Shown: positions 1-15,056 of the stretch, piece after piece
Layout of the letters: each line of letters begins with the position of its first letter
Numbering within the stretch: the stretch's first letter is position 1
Assembly: GCA_964016885.1 (NCBI GenBank)
Contig: OZ024751.1
Location: 41,850,001-41,914,000 of the forward strand
Length of the DNA: 64,000 nt
Reading direction: 5' to 3'
Origin: Eledone cirrhosa
Taxonomy: Eukaryota
Made by a program: the position numbers and the translations under genes
The notes under the pieces: generated by a model
Told to the model about the DNA's origin: nothing
Databases searched by the model: none
What the model saw: the letters and a program-made list of their open reading frames with translations, nothing else

Positions 1-909
1 AAGATGAAAGGCAAAGGTAACCTCGGCGGGATTTGAACTCAGACCATAAAGGGCCGTAACTCTATGCTGCAAACCATGGCGTCCGACCCTCTGCCGATAC
101 TGCCAATCCTCCGCCCTTATCATGTGATTAGTAATAATAAAGCCAAAGGCATGTCAGCTATATTAATACTAAGCTATTGTGTTGATATTTATTCTTCTGC
201 CGTATTACGTTAACGGAGAACTTTGACTCCAGTTCGAAATATTGATAATTAATCCAGCCATCAGCAAAATCTGATTAATCAACAAACATATTTGTAATAA
301 TGTATAAATGTCAGAATCAGGAAAGTTACCAGCTTCCAGTAAAGGAAATGATATCATTAACATATAACTGATTTGCTTCAACAATATCAATAATAAAAGT
401 TCATTGAATTCTATAAATATATTGTCCAGTTTTATCTTTCATCTCCAAAACCTTATACATACATGGAGTCGTACAGGCATCGTATTGACGTAGGGTGGTT
501 CTGGGACATTTTTTGTTTTTAAACCTGGCGGGGCCCATCTACCCTCCAGGCCTAAATACAGCAGATTCTTCCATGGAGGGACAAAGAATGAGAGAATGAA
601 CGTGAGCACGAGATATAGAGGAAGAATCATCTCCAATATTTAACTGGTACTTTTTTTATCGACCTCAAATATATAAAGCAAAGTTGACCTCGGCAGGATT
701 TGAACTGAGAGAGCAGAGTGTCAAAAGGAATACCACAAGGCATTCTATCTGACGTTCTAACATATATCTGACGTTCTAACATATATATGACTTCCTTCGA
801 ATTAAACAGTTCTAGTCCTGTAGAAGCCATTTCTATATTAATTCTTGTATGTACTCTACTATGTATTGAGTACCTTATTCACTGTGGTTACCCCTGATTG
901 AACCCGAGA

Positions 910-1014
<105 letters not shown>

Positions 1015-2155
1015 TTGTTTTGCGAGGTTTTTTATATGAAATCGTGTGTCGAAACAAATATTGTTATACTTGGGGAGATGGCGCTAATATACAACAGGAG
1101 AAACATAATAGCACCACTGACGATGTTGCAGATGTGCAACGAAAGAACTTTGTTAGACTATATATATGTGTTTATATCTATATTATATCTGTATTTTTGA
1201 CCGTTGGTCAGTCAATGGTAAACATTGAGGACCGAATGAATTAACTGATATAAAAGATACAGAAGCGAAAACCAACCAAACAGTGAGTGTGTTCTGTTAT
1301 TAATTCTGGCAATATTATTACAACAATATGACCCTCCCCAAGTATAACTATATATATACATACATATATATAGAGAAAGAGAGAGAGAGATAGAGAGAGG
1401 GAGAGATAGAGAGAGGGGTGGGGAGGGGGGGGGGGGTTCTATTCAACCTTATCTTAAAAGACAGAGAATAGAATAGAAATTTCTAGCGGACAAGAATATT
1501 AATGAGGTAAATGAAATTATGTAGTTTCTTGCTCACTAATTCGTTATCTCGATACCTGAGATACATTAGTTTAACATTTGTCATTTAAATAATTGTTAGT
1601 ACAAAAATATATACAAATATAAATTGCCAATCCATCAATGTTCTTGCACTGTGATGAATATCATATAACCAGATTCTATGTGATATAATCCGTATATAGA
1701 AATTGATAATAGCCAAAGATATGTGCAATAACTCTCAAGTGGCCTTTACTAAATGTCAGTCTAAATAAAAGATCTAGTGTAACCTTACTTTTCAAAACTT
1801 TTGATTTATTCCTTTAAAACTAGGTAGACAAAACCTAATTCATATGAATGAAAAAGCTCTTCCGACAAATCGCAAAGACATTTTAATTATCGTAACAGAT
1901 AAAGTATATCTCCTTGAATATCATTGCTTAGTGTTAGTCAACTGGAAAAGCAATTATACATTTAATTTGCCATTTTTAACGTAAATAATACAATGATGTA
2001 TAACTCTAAGGTTAAAAATAAATCATTTGCTATTCAGGCTGAGTTCTAGTACCATTAAGTGGAACTCCAGAGTATAGAATTTCATTTTCCTTTTTTCAAT
2101 GTGAGTAGTGACTGCTTCTTAACAACAACTGAGGAACGTTCATTGACGAAGCTTT

Positions 2156-2601
2156 AGCTGGGTTCGGTTCAGATTATGTTTAACTACACGTGCTGGTGGT
2201 GTACTTTCAGTTGGTTATTTGCTCGAGGCAAAGTTAAACCCAGGATAATATGACTGATATATTTTTTTTTGTTTAATGCCCAAGTCATTAGGGGTACCCT
2301 AGTGACCTACGGTGTCTTTTCCTTGGGCATTTAAAAAAATATATATCAGTCATATTATCCTTCGTTTAACTTTGCCTCGTGCAAATAACCTTCTGAAAGT
2401 ACATCACCAGCACGTGTAGTTAAGCAGAAAGCTGGGTTCGGTTCATATTCTGCTTAACTACACGTGCTGGTGATGTACTTTCAGTTGGTTATTTGCTCGA
2501 GGCAAAGTTAAACCCAGGATAATATGATTGATATATATGATATATATATATATTTTTAAATGTCCAAGGAACAGACACTGAAGGTCACTAGGGTACCCCT
2601 A
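2156..2601. repeat. Foldback (MITE-like) repeat arranged forward-inverted-forward
   Basis: 2156-2284 is inverted at ~2320-2429 and repeated directly from 2430 onward. Confidence 0.8.
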
Positions 2602-2902
2602 CGATCCATCAAGAATTAAGGCCTGAAACGAAGAGAGAAGAAGAATGAGAAGACGAGGCTATTGGATGAGATAAGATGCCGTTACAGTATCTGTTCTGGT
2701 CTGATGTAATGTCTGATTAGCTACTGATTCATTTGTCGGATTGTGATCGAAACATAAAAAAAAAAATGAAAACAATGAAACCAATAAAAACAATAAAACA
2801 ACAAAAACAATAAAAAAACTGAAAACATTTAATAGTAACTCTCTTCTCCTTTCTCCTCACTATGTATATATGTATATATGTATGTGTGTATACATATATA
2901 CA

Positions 2903-2961
<59 letters not shown>

Positions 2962-3005
2962 CTTTATTCATATGTAACCCATTTGCAACCACGCAGCACG
3001 TTTAT

Positions 3006-3044
<39 letters not shown>

Positions 3045-3055
3045 TATATAGATAG

Positions 3056-3120
<65 letters not shown>

Positions 3121-3551
3121 TAGATATATATAGATATAGATATATAGATATATATATATATATATATATATTAAAACTTATTCAAAGTTAGAGATCTTTA
3201 TTATCAACATAAAACACAAAAATACTCACTGTTCAGTATTATCTATGAATACAGAGAATGGAACTGTGATCTGGTATAGATTTCAATCTAATAATAGAAG
3301 ACACAGACAGTTGGTTTGACGTGAAGAATCTAATAAGCTTGGATATCTATTTGTTTGATTTTTTACCTAACCAGATATATCCTAGACATATTGTTGGGGA
3401 AACATTTACAGACATTTTGTTGTTTTCCAAAGAAATCTTTTAAAAATAGGCAACGAATCGTCCCCCCCCCCCCCCCCCCCCCGACTCCCTGTTGTTATTA
3501 GAAGTAGTCAGTAGGTATAGCTCTGCCGCTAAATCTTATATAATACTTTAT

Positions 3552-3890
3552 CTATAAAGGTTGGCTGAAATGTTCCTAGGGGTGGTGCTAGAGCTGTGAA
3601 ATCTTTCTTGGATTGATTTCAACTCTCCTTATTAATAATTGTATTGTTTCTTTCCCTATTGAAAAGTAAGCCTCATTTGGTCATTCCATGAGAGTATCTT
3701 GGTCAGTCGATGAAGGAATGATGCTAGAGCTTTGAAATCTTTCTTGCATTAATTTCAACTCTTCTTATTTATAATTGCATTGTTTATTTCCATTGTATTG
3801 TTTCTTTCCATATTGAAAAGTAAACCTCATGTGGTCATTCCATGAGAGTATCTTGGTCAGCCTATCAACTTTTTCTGTCAACTCTCGTAC
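3552..3890. mobile_element. Degenerate mariner-type MITE with an internal duplication; related end at ~7531-7580
   Basis: Right end is the reverse complement of TACGAGAGTTGACAGAAAAAGTTGATAGGCTGACCAAGA, matching TACGAGGGTGGGCTGAAACGTTCATAGGCTGACCAAGA at 7531. A degenerate left end lies near 3556. Confidence 0.6.
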
Positions 3891-4573
3891 ATTAAATGGT
3901 AGCTCTTTTTTTACAAATAATCTTAATTCTACCAACTGTTACTGCCATCGATCAATGCTTAATTCTCACCTGTCATTAATGGGACAATTAATGGTAGAAT
4001 AAAGTCATTTAAGGTAATAATTCCGGCCAGATAACCCCCCATTGAATGCCGTGTCAGGCACTGGGTTTGGCTATCGTAAATGTGAAGGAAAATCTCCAGG
4101 ACATCGGCGATACGAAGTATCTAATCACATTTAATTAGGTGTAAATTATATCAAACAACAGGCGGTCAGAGCTTTAGAGATTAGGAAGACACACATTATC
4201 ATGTACAGCACACGTACCACACTCACACTCACACACGCACACACACGCACGCATACACACGCACATACGCACATGCACACATACACACATGCAAGCATAC
4301 ACGCACACGCACAAACACACATATACAAATATATATTTATGTGTGTGTGTGTGTGTGTGTGTTTCTTTTCCGACTATATGAAGCGTTAAACTAATATATA
4401 TCATCATTGTCAGCTGTTAGAAGTCGTTAGAATATCGGACAGAATGTTTTGTTGTCATAGGTCCGGTTCTCTGGGTTCCGAGTTCAAATCCCGCGGAAGT
4501 CACCTTTGCCTTTTACTCTTTCACAATCGATAAAGAGTTCCAGTTCAATACTGGGGTTGATTCTTCCTCTCAC

Positions 4574-4649
<76 letters not shown>

Positions 4650-5333
4650 CCTCTTTATATATATTTTTTTTTATTTCTTTAGAAGAAATCGGCTGTGTTC
4701 AGAACTGGAGAGGGGATGGGCTCAACGGTGTGTTTTTAAAAAGCCCAAGAAACGCCCTATGTAATTACGGTGGCCCTTACAAGTCCACCAAGAGTTACGG
4801 GCCTTTAGATACATATACATACACATACACATACACATATACATATATACACATATTACTTATTCGAACCTTTGGTGTATTTGTAAGCAAGACACAGTGT
4901 AACTTGACGCAATCAGACTACAGTAACAAGAAAGAGACAATGTTAAAAAGACAGGAAGTAACCACAGAGAGACTTAATTGTTACCTCTGGCAAAGAAAAC
5001 CGACTTTCTATCGACAACATCTTTATCAACGTCTACTAGCAAATACTGAATGGAGAAATCAATAGAGCAGCTTGGTTGGTATTAGCAGAGAGTTAATACC
5101 CAAGAACAAAGTTACACACACGGCGAAGAACTACAACTAATTGCGTGCTAAAACCTAATATATATATATATATATAGTATTACAATATATTTATATATAT
5201 ATATAAGACATAACAATATATTTATATATATATATATATATATATATAGTATATAGTATGTATATATATATATATATATATAGTATGTATATATATATAT
5301 TTAGTATATATATATATATATATACACTATATA

Positions 5334-5399
<66 letters not shown>

Positions 5400-5410
5400 G
5401 TATATATATA

Positions 5411-5445
<35 letters not shown>

Positions 5446-5456
5446 GTATATATATA

Positions 5457-5491
<35 letters not shown>

Positions 5492-5502
5492 GTATATATA
5501 TA

Positions 5503-5617
<115 letters not shown>

Positions 5618-5620
5618 TAG

Positions 5621-5676
<56 letters not shown>

Positions 5677-5679
5677 ATA

Positions 5680-5719
<40 letters not shown>

Positions 5720-5730
5720 GTATATATATA

Positions 5731-5846
<116 letters not shown>

Positions 5847-5847
5847 G

Positions 5848-5916
<69 letters not shown>

Positions 5917-5935
5917 GTATATATATATATTTTTA

Positions 5936-5974
<39 letters not shown>

Positions 5975-6196
5975 CTTGTCTGAAATACATGTCTACGAGG
6001 ATGTCAACAATATTATAACAAATGAAGAGTAACTCGAAAGAAATGAGTTAGGGATGTATTGAGTAAGTTGAAATCAATAAAAGTGTACTATTGGTAATGT
6101 TGGAGGTGGAGCAACACAGGAAGAATTGTGGTTTGACCGTATTAGGAATAAACGTTCGATTCTATTTACCACACGTGAATGTGAATGCTAGAGACT

Positions 6197-7391
6197 CTTC
6201 TTACTGAAATTAGGGAAATCATAATTTGAACCATAGTTAATCTGGCTTCATTGTCAGCTGCGATTCTTGCTAAAATTTATGAAATCATAGTTTGAGCTCA
6301 ACTTAATCTGGTTCATTGTCGGTTAACATTCTTACTGAAAATTAATGAAATCAGAATTTGAGCTCAACTTCATCTGGTTCATTGTCGGCTGCCCTTTTTT
6401 ACTGAAAGTAATGAAATTATAATTTGAGCCATAGTTAATCTGGCTTCATTGTCAGCTGCCATTCTTGCTAAAATTTATGAAATCATAGTTTGAGCTCAAC
6501 TTAATCTGGTTCATTGTCGGTTAACATTCTTACTGAAAATTAATGAAATCAGAATTTGAGCTCAACTTCATCTGGTTCATTGTCGGCTGCCCTTTTTTAC
6601 TGAAAGTAATGAAATTATAATTTGAGCCATAGTTAATCTAGCTTCATTGTCAGCTGCGATTCTTGCTAAAATTTATGAAATCATAGTTTGAGCTCAACTT
6701 AATCTGGTTCATTGTCGGTTAACATTCTTACTGAAAATTAATGAAATCAGAATTTGAGCTCAACTTCATCTGGTTCATTGTCGGCTGCCCTTTTTTACTG
6801 AAAGTAATGAAATTATAATTTGAGCCATAGTTAATCTGGCTTCATTGTCAGCTGCCATTCTTGCTAAAATTTATGAAATCATAGTTTGAGCTCAACTTAA
6901 TCTGGTTCATTGTCGGTTAACATTCTTACTGAAAATTAATGAAATCAGAATTTGAGCTCAACTTCATCTGGTTCATTGTCGGCTGCCCTTTTTTACTGAA
7001 AGTAATGAAATTATAATTTGAGCCATAGTTAATCTAGCTTCATTGTCAGCTGCCATTCTTGCTAAAATTTATGAAATCATAGTTTGAGCTCAACTTAATC
7101 TGGTTCATTGTCGGTTAACATTCTTACTGAAAATTAATGAAATCAGAATTTGAGCTCAACTTCATCTGGTTCATTGTCGGCTGCCCTTTTTTACTGAAAG
7201 TAATGAAATTATAATTTGAGCCATAGTTAATCTAGCTTCATTGTCAGCTGCCATTCTTGCTAAAATTTATGAAATCGTATTTTGAGCTCAACTTAATCTG
7301 GCTTTATTGTCGGCTGCAATTCTTGCTACAATTTATAAAACCATAGTTTGAGCCATAGTTAATCTGACTCAACTCTCGGCTACCATTCTTA
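6197..7391. repeat. Minisatellite of 66-bp monomers in a 198-bp (3-mer) higher-order repeat, ~6 copies
   Basis: The AATCT(G/A)GCTTC monomer variant recurs at 6239, 6437, 6635, 6833, 7031 and 7229; monomers are spaced 66 bp apart. Confidence 0.92.
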
Positions 7392-8649
7392 GTTTACGAC
7401 GACGAATGAGCCGGCAATCTATTATTAGATCTATTTAACTATTTTGTTTCAATTTCACTTATTTATATTATATTAAGTTTCTGGATCTAATTAGTTTGTT
7501 GTAGAATAATTTAATGCACATAAGTACACTTACGAGGGTGGGCTGAAACGTTCATAGGCTGACCAAGATTCTTTCATGGTTAAACCCCTAGCTATTGCTG
7601 GTATGCATTTGCAGTTGCATATACTGGAGCAATGTGATATGAAGTGTTCTGCTCAAGAACACAACACACAACCCAGTTCAGGAATCGAAGTCACAACATT
7701 ATGATCACAAGTCCAAGAAACTGTGGTACAAGACGTCCCCCTGAGCAGGAGACCAGCCCATCGCTGGGTTAACCCCTCAGCTATTTCTGGTACTCATTTT
7801 CAGCCTAGTATACTGGAGCAACGTGATATGATGTGTAGACATAACCTAGTCGAGGAATCGAACCACGAGGTTATGACCGTAGTTACACTACCACTTACCG
7901 CTAGGCCACGTGCTCTCATGGGGCTATATTAAATTCGGTATTGTGATTGATAAATGAACTGGAACGTAGATTTTAACTATTTTTTATTGATTCACCATTT
8001 CATTGATTAAGTGAACGATGGTGTGTAGATTAACAACGATAAGATCTTCGTGTCTACATGTTTTGTGTATCTTGAAATATAAAACTATATATATCGAAAC
8101 ATAACTTTTTCATTTTGCACGCTGTTCTAGAGATAGTGTGTGTGTGTGTGGGGGGGGGGGGTCTGTGTGTCTGTCTGTGTGTGTGTGTGTGTGTGTCTGT
8201 GTGTCTGTGTATGTGTGTCTATGTGTGTGTCTGTGTGTGTGTCTCTCTGTGTAATAGAGTATTTCTCTGTGTCTGTGTGTGTGTGTGTGTGTAAGAGAGT
8301 ATGTATGTGTATGTGTGTCTGTGTCTGTATCTGTGTAAGAGAGTCTATCTCTGCGTGTATGTATGTCTGTGCCCGTGTGTGTGTCTGTATAAGTGTGTGT
8401 GTGTATGTGCACCTGTGTGTCTGTGTGCTTGTGTATATCCATCAGTGTGTGTCTGTGTGTATCTGTGTGTGTGTGAGTGTATGTGTGTATGTATGTGTGT
8501 GTAGCTCTGATTAAGCATTGTAAATTAACCGGTTATACTTTAAATCTAAACTCACTTCTAAACTACGATTAATCAAATACATTCAAGACATCGATATAGT
8601 TACAGTCTTTTAGAAAATTAAACTCTTTCATCTGTTTATTTATTTCCTC

Positions 8650-8707
<58 letters not shown>

Positions 8708-9113
8708 ATCTTTATTTATCTATTTATTAGTTCGATATTATTTTTTTTATTGACAGACATTTAGTTCAATCTTTTCATCCACATTCTTATCACATTCGTC
8801 TCAGATAGAGAGATATCTTCAGATAGAGAGATTTCATTGTAATTTAGTAAGTCTACTCTAAGAATTGTGGGCTCAACAAAAGAGAAGAGAATATTGCGAT
8901 TTAATTTTTCGGCTGACTTGACGCTCGATCATCCATTTATCAACATAACTTTCACTTTAAAACAGTAGCAGCAGCTCATGTTTGTTCTGTTTAATTCTAT
9001 TACACTTTATGAAGCTTTCATTGTTTTGGCTTCAAATTATTATCATTGGCGTCGCTATTATTATTATACATCGTACCGGCCTGTGATGTCAGCCCTTGTG
9101 GCCAATAAAGAAA

Positions 9114-9148
<35 letters not shown>

Positions 9149-9149
<1 letters not shown>

Positions 9150-10703
9150 TTTGAGTCTCAGTCATTGATGTTAGTTAACTGGAAAGTTTGTTGAAATGAA
9201 TATCAAACCACTACCTGCAGCCTCAGATATTCAGGACGTATCGGAGGGTTCTTGCTGTTCCCAGAAAGCATGCCTTTTGAAGCGTTCCAAAAAGCGTGAC
9301 GGGGCCAATTTTCTTTAACCATCCCTGGAAACTTTTTGAGATAGTACCTAGTGCGCCTATGACAATCGGGATCACTTTGACTTCATGACAGTTCCAAATC
9401 CTTTTTACCTCCCACTTTAAGTCCTGGTATCGGTTAATTTTCTGCCTCTCCTTCTCTTGCACTCTCGTGTCGAATGGGCAGGCCACATCCACAATCAGGC
9501 ACGATCTTTTTCTTTGTCCAAAATCACCAGGTCAGGTCTATTGTGTTCCAGTTTCTTGTCCGTCTGTATCCTAAAATCCCACAGCACCTTCACCTGATCG
9601 TTTTCTATCACCGACTCTGGCTTATTCTCATACCACTTCTCAGAATGTGGTAAATTGTTTACTTTGCATAGGTGCCAGTGGATCACCCTGCCCATCACAT
9701 CATGTCTCCAGCCCTTATAGTGAGTCTGGGCTAGGTGTTTTCACTCGGATACAATGTGAGCCACAGTCTCCTCTCTCTCTCCACAGATCCTGCACAGTGG
9801 GCTAGTCTCCTCCTTGTAAATATGGTGTTTCAACCACTTCGTTTTGAGGGCCTGCTCTTGCGCAGCCATTAGCATTCCTTCTGTAGCCTTTTTAAGCTCT
9901 CCCATTTTCAACCAGTTCCATGTCTGTGGATCTCTGAATTCAGTTTTCTCAAAGAAGGTACTATTAAGGGATTTTTCATGAAAGCTGCTCTTTCTCCTTA
10001 TTGTTATTTCCTCCCTGGACATCCCCTGGTCTATTGTCCTCTCCTTCAGTACAGTTCTGAGCATTGGCTCCTTACTATCAGTCAGGTATTTGTGTAGGTT
10101 GTTTTCCTCCATCTGAACACAGTCCTCTATGCTGATAAGACCTCTTCCACCTTCAGATCTCCTTAAGTAGAGTCTATCTACATCACTCCTCTTGTGGAAC
10201 ATGTTGTAGATAGTCAATAGCTTCCTAGTCTTCCTATCCATTTCTTTTTGTTTAGCAACATTCCATCTCAGAATTCCCGCACTGTACCTAATAATAGACA
10301 CAGCTCGGGAATTTACTGCACTTATGGCATTCCTACTGTCCAGATGTGACTTTAATACGCTCCTTACTCTCCGAATGTATTCAGATCTTATCAATTCCTT
10401 CATTTTTTTTGTTCTTCATGTCATCAGCCTCCAGAAAACCCAAATACTTGTATCCTTCTTCGGTGTCAATTTCCTTTATCATCTCACCTGTTGGTACCTG
10501 GATTCCGTTGCTTCTCCTCAATTTACCCCTCTTCCACACTTACTAATACTAAATTGCATATATATATCATTGCTGAAAATACGGACAGTGTCAACAAGCA
10601 CATCCAACTCCTTCTCACTCTTCCCGAAGAGCTTAAGATCGTCCATGAAGAGGAGGTGATTGATGGTAAGCTCTCCCTTTCCCAACTTGTATCCTGCTCT
10701 CAC
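9149..10703 (-). pseudogene. 5'-truncated, frameshifted Dong/R4-like copy (end of RT to RLE)
   Basis: ORF pieces 9223-9492, 9495-9698, 9741-10403 and 10518-10703 match the C-terminal part of the 1130-aa ORF. Same 3' UTR; ends in (TAA)n at ~9115-9148. Confidence 0.92.
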
Positions 10704-10863
10704 TTTACCTCAACTTCTATTTCTACTTCAACTTCAACACCATCACTACAGTACTACGATCACATCACCACCACCACTGCCTCATTATCGCTACCGCCGC
10801 TATTCTCTCCCACTACCTCCTGCTAAGTATTATTATTATTATTATTATTATTGTTATTGTTAT

Positions 10864-13800
10864 TCCTTGAATCTCAGTCATTGATGTTGGTTAACTGGAA
10901 AGTCCGTTGGATTGAATATCAAGCCACTACCTGCAGCCTCAGATATTCAGGACGTATCGGAGGGTTCTTGCTGTTCCAAGCAAGCATGCCTTTTGAAGCG
11001 TTCCAAAAAGCGTGAAGGGGCCGATTTTCTTTAACCATCCCTGGAAACCTTTGGAGATAGTCCCCAGTGCGCCTATGACAATCGGGATCACTTTGACTTC
11101 ATGGCAGTTCCAAATCCTTTTCACCTCCCACTTTAGGTCCTGGTATCGGTTAATTTTCTCCCTCTCCTTCTCTTGCACTCTCGTGTCGAACGGGCAGGCC
11201 ACATCCACAATCAGGCACGATCTTTTTTCTTTGTCCACAACCACCAGGTCAGGTCTATTGTGTTCCAGTTTTTTGTCCGTCTGTATCCTAAAATCCCACA
11301 GCACCTTCACCTGACTGTTCTCCATCACCGCCTCTGGCCTATGCTCATACCATTTCTCAGAATGTGGTAGATTGTTTACTTTGCACAGGTGCCAGTGGAT
11401 CACCCTGCCCATCACATCGTGTCTCCAGCCCTTATAGTGGGTCTGGGCTAGGTGTTTACACTCGGACACAATGTGAGCCACAGTCTCCTCTCTCTCTCCA
11501 CAGATCCTGCACAGTGGGCTAGCCTCCTCCTTGTAGATATGGTGCTTCAACCACTTCGTTTTGAGGGCCTGCTCCTGCGCAGCCATTAGCATTCCTTCTG
11601 TAGCCTTTTTGAGGTCTCCTCTTCTCAACCAGTTCCATGTCTGTGGATCTCTAAATTCAGTTTTCTCAAAGAAGGTACTATGAAGGGATTTTCCCTTAAG
11701 GCTGCTCTTCCTCCTTGATGTTATTTCCTCCTTGGACATCCCCTGGCCTACTGTCCCCTCCTTCAGTACAGTTCTGAGCATTGGCTCCTTACTATAGGTC
11801 ACGTATTTGTGTAGGTTGTTTTTCTCCATCTGAACACAGTCCTCTATGCTGATAAGACCTCTTCCACCCTCAGATCTCCTTAGGTAGAGTCTATCGACAT
11901 CACTCCTCTTGTGGAACATGTTGTAGATAGTCAATAGCTTCCTAGTCTTCCTATCCATTTCTTTTTGTTCAGCAACATTCCATCTCAGAATTCCCGCACT
12001 GTACCTAATAATAGACACAGCTCGGGAATTTACTGCGCTTATGGCATTTCTGCTGTTCAGATGTGACTTCAATACGCTCCTTACTCTCCGAATGTATTCA
12101 GTTCTTAACAATTCCTTCATTTTTTTGTTCTTTATGCCATCAGCCTCCAGAACGCCCAAATACTTGTATCCTTCCTCAGAGTCAATTTCCTTTATCATCT
12201 CACCTGTTGGTATCTGGATCCCGTTACTTCTGCTCAACCTACCCCTCTTCATCACAATGACTCCACATTTACCAATACCAAACTGCATACACATATCACT
12301 GCTGAAAATACGGACAGTGTCAACAAGCACATCCAACTCCTTCTCACTTTTCCCGAAGAGCTTAAGATCGTCCATGAAGAGGAGGTGATTGATGTTAAGC
12401 TCTCCCCTTCCCAACTTGTATCCTGCTCTCACTTTTCGCAGCATAATGGTCAAGGGCATCAGGGCAAGGACAAACAACAGAGGGGACAGGCTATCTCCCT
12501 GGAAGATACCTCTCTTGATCTTCACGCTTCCCAAGGATACTCCAGTTGATGTCAACTCTGTCTCCCAGGACCCCATACTCCTGCCCAGCAACTGTCTGAT
12601 GTTATCTGCCACCCCGAAGATCTCCAGGCTTTTGGTGATCCAGGAATGAGGCACCATGTCAAATGCCTTTCTGTAGTCTATCCATCCCATGGCAAGATCA
12701 GTGTGTCTCCTCCTGCAATTCCCCATTACCATCTTATCAATAAGCAACTGGTCCTTTGTACCACGTGACTTCTTTCGGCATCCTTTCTGTTCGTCCGGTA
12801 ACAAGTTGTTTGTGTGGAGGTGATGGTAGATTTCCTCAGACACAATGCTCGTCAACAGTTTCCACATTACGGGCAGACATGTGATAGGTCTATAGTTGGT
12901 AACATCATTACCCTTGATTCGGTCTTTCATTATCAGAACTGTGGTACCTTTTGTCAACCACTCTGGCACCTCACCCGACACCAAGCAGTCATTGAACATG
13001 GCCGTCAGCTTCGGGTGGAGGGATGTTAAATGTTTAATCCAATACCCCTGCACACCATCTGGGCCTGGTGATTTCCAGTTGGTTAGTTTTTTGGCTTGCC
13101 CCTTAAGAGTTTCAACTGTGATACTCAAATCAGTCTGTTGCTGTGCCTGCTCACCGATCTCCCTCTGTACTGTCTCAATCCACCCTGCCTGGGCATTGTG
13201 TCTAACATCCTGCTCCCATATTCCTCTCCAGAATGTTTTAGCTTGTTCCGCCCCAGGGATCAAGTCGTTGCCTCTTTCTTTCCCCTCAAGCTGTCCAAAC
13301 AGCATCTTCTGGTTGTTGTCGAACATGCGGTTCTGTTTATACTGACTGACTCTGTTCTCGTATCGCCTGATTTTGGCACTCTTTGCTACAATGCGTTGCT
13401 TCAATTCCTCTATGATAATATTTAGCTTTTTACTCCTAGTTTTGTATTTTATTTCCAGTCTATTTTTAGTGCCTATGTTTTTTAGTGTCCCATTCAGTAG
13501 TGACTCAAGCTTTCCTATGTCATTTCTCATTTCCCCGATTTGCCCACTCAGTCGCTTCTTCCACCACGGCTCTGCTCTTTCTTGTCTGTTGTTTCCTCTC
13601 GCTTTTATACCAAGTAGTTTCCTCACCGTATTTGCTGTTGCTTTGAGGATATTGTTGCACTGGTGAAGGCTCCTCGCCTCAAGGTATGGGATGACTTTGT
13701 TTACCTTAGCTGTTGTTTCTTTTAACTTTTTCCTGTCTACAAATCTTAGGTTCATAGGTCTCCCACTATCATTGTTCAATTCATCTACCACTAAATTTAG

Positions 13801-15056
13801 GATGTCAACCGAATCTTGTCCTAGCCCGTCAGCATTCATCTCCTCAGTGGCCGTATCTCTGTTCCAGGTATTATTTATCTCAGTATTCAGATCATTGTCT
13901 GCTTCGGGTGGTTCCTCCGTTCTCAGGACCTCCTCACCTTCATTTCCCACCGGCTCGCTTGTCTGGCATACTACACCCGCCATCTCCAAGCCATTCTCTC
14001 TGCTCAGTTCCTCCAGTTCCAGCTCGCTTATCCATCCATTAGTTCTTATTACCCGAGCCTGCCCGGCCAATTTTTGTTCATCTAATTTAAATAAACCAAT
14101 CTCGTTCCAGATGTTATGCATCCGTCTCCTGTAGCCCCTCTCCTTGGGGTTACTTTTCAGGTAGCATTGCATAACAGTTCTATTCAATTCTTTCGTCCAG
14201 TTGGTTCTGGCCCCTTTCCTTCTTCTTCTTCCTCCAACATCAGCAGTATTTGGTTGACAGTCAGGTTCCTGCTGCTGAGCCAGGGGGCACCTGTTGGGTG
14301 AGAGTCTGTCACATGACGTTCTAGTCTCCATTTCACCGTTATTCGAACTGTTTATGTTCGATATTTAAACACTCTTATCGAGGATTGGCGAATGTATGTT
14401 TACATAGCCATCTGTGGATCCGCCATCCCACTTGGCCCTTGTGTGGCATTATCACCACGCTGTATACGAACACACATAAACAAACAAACACACGGGCAGA
14501 AAGGGCCCCAAAAATGAATAAGCATAAGTTTCATCGTAATGTAGTATTCGAATGTCTGACTTAGTTTTTGTTTTTTAAGTTTTACTTTTTCCCCCCTCTT
14601 CTCTGTCCGTCCGCCTGCTTCTCCATTCTTATTTTCTTTACGTTTTTGGGGTTTCTTTTTTTGTTTTTGTTTTTCTCTGTTTGTTTTTCTCGTTTTTGCT
14701 GTTGTTGCTGTGCTGCTTTGGTTTTGTTGTTTGTTTTTTCTTTTTTCTTTTGAGTCTATCTATATATTTTGATGCCTTCCTCTTTGTTAGTAGTAGGAAT
14801 TCTATAATGTGGAAGTAGCAGCCAGCAGGGAGAAGTGGGAGACTGGCGGCGGTAGCGATACTGAGACAGTGGTGGTGGTGATGTCGATACCGAGGCAGTG
14901 GTGGCGGTGATGCGACCGTATTACTGTAGTGATGGTGCTGTAGCGGTGGCAGCAGTGAAGGAGTCAAGGGGTGGTGGCGGCGGTGATGGGATAGTGGTGG
15001 TAATGATGGCCGTAGTGAGCGGTGGCGGTGAAGGTGAAAATGTCGTTATCTGGCTG

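Noticed and set aside
1111-1156. Hammerhead core CTGACGA-T-GTTGCA/TGCAAC-GAAA
   Set aside because: Stem III/UH and stem I do not close; at most a decayed remnant. The same applies to 61554-61595, ~59585-59591 (minus) and ~47396-47435.
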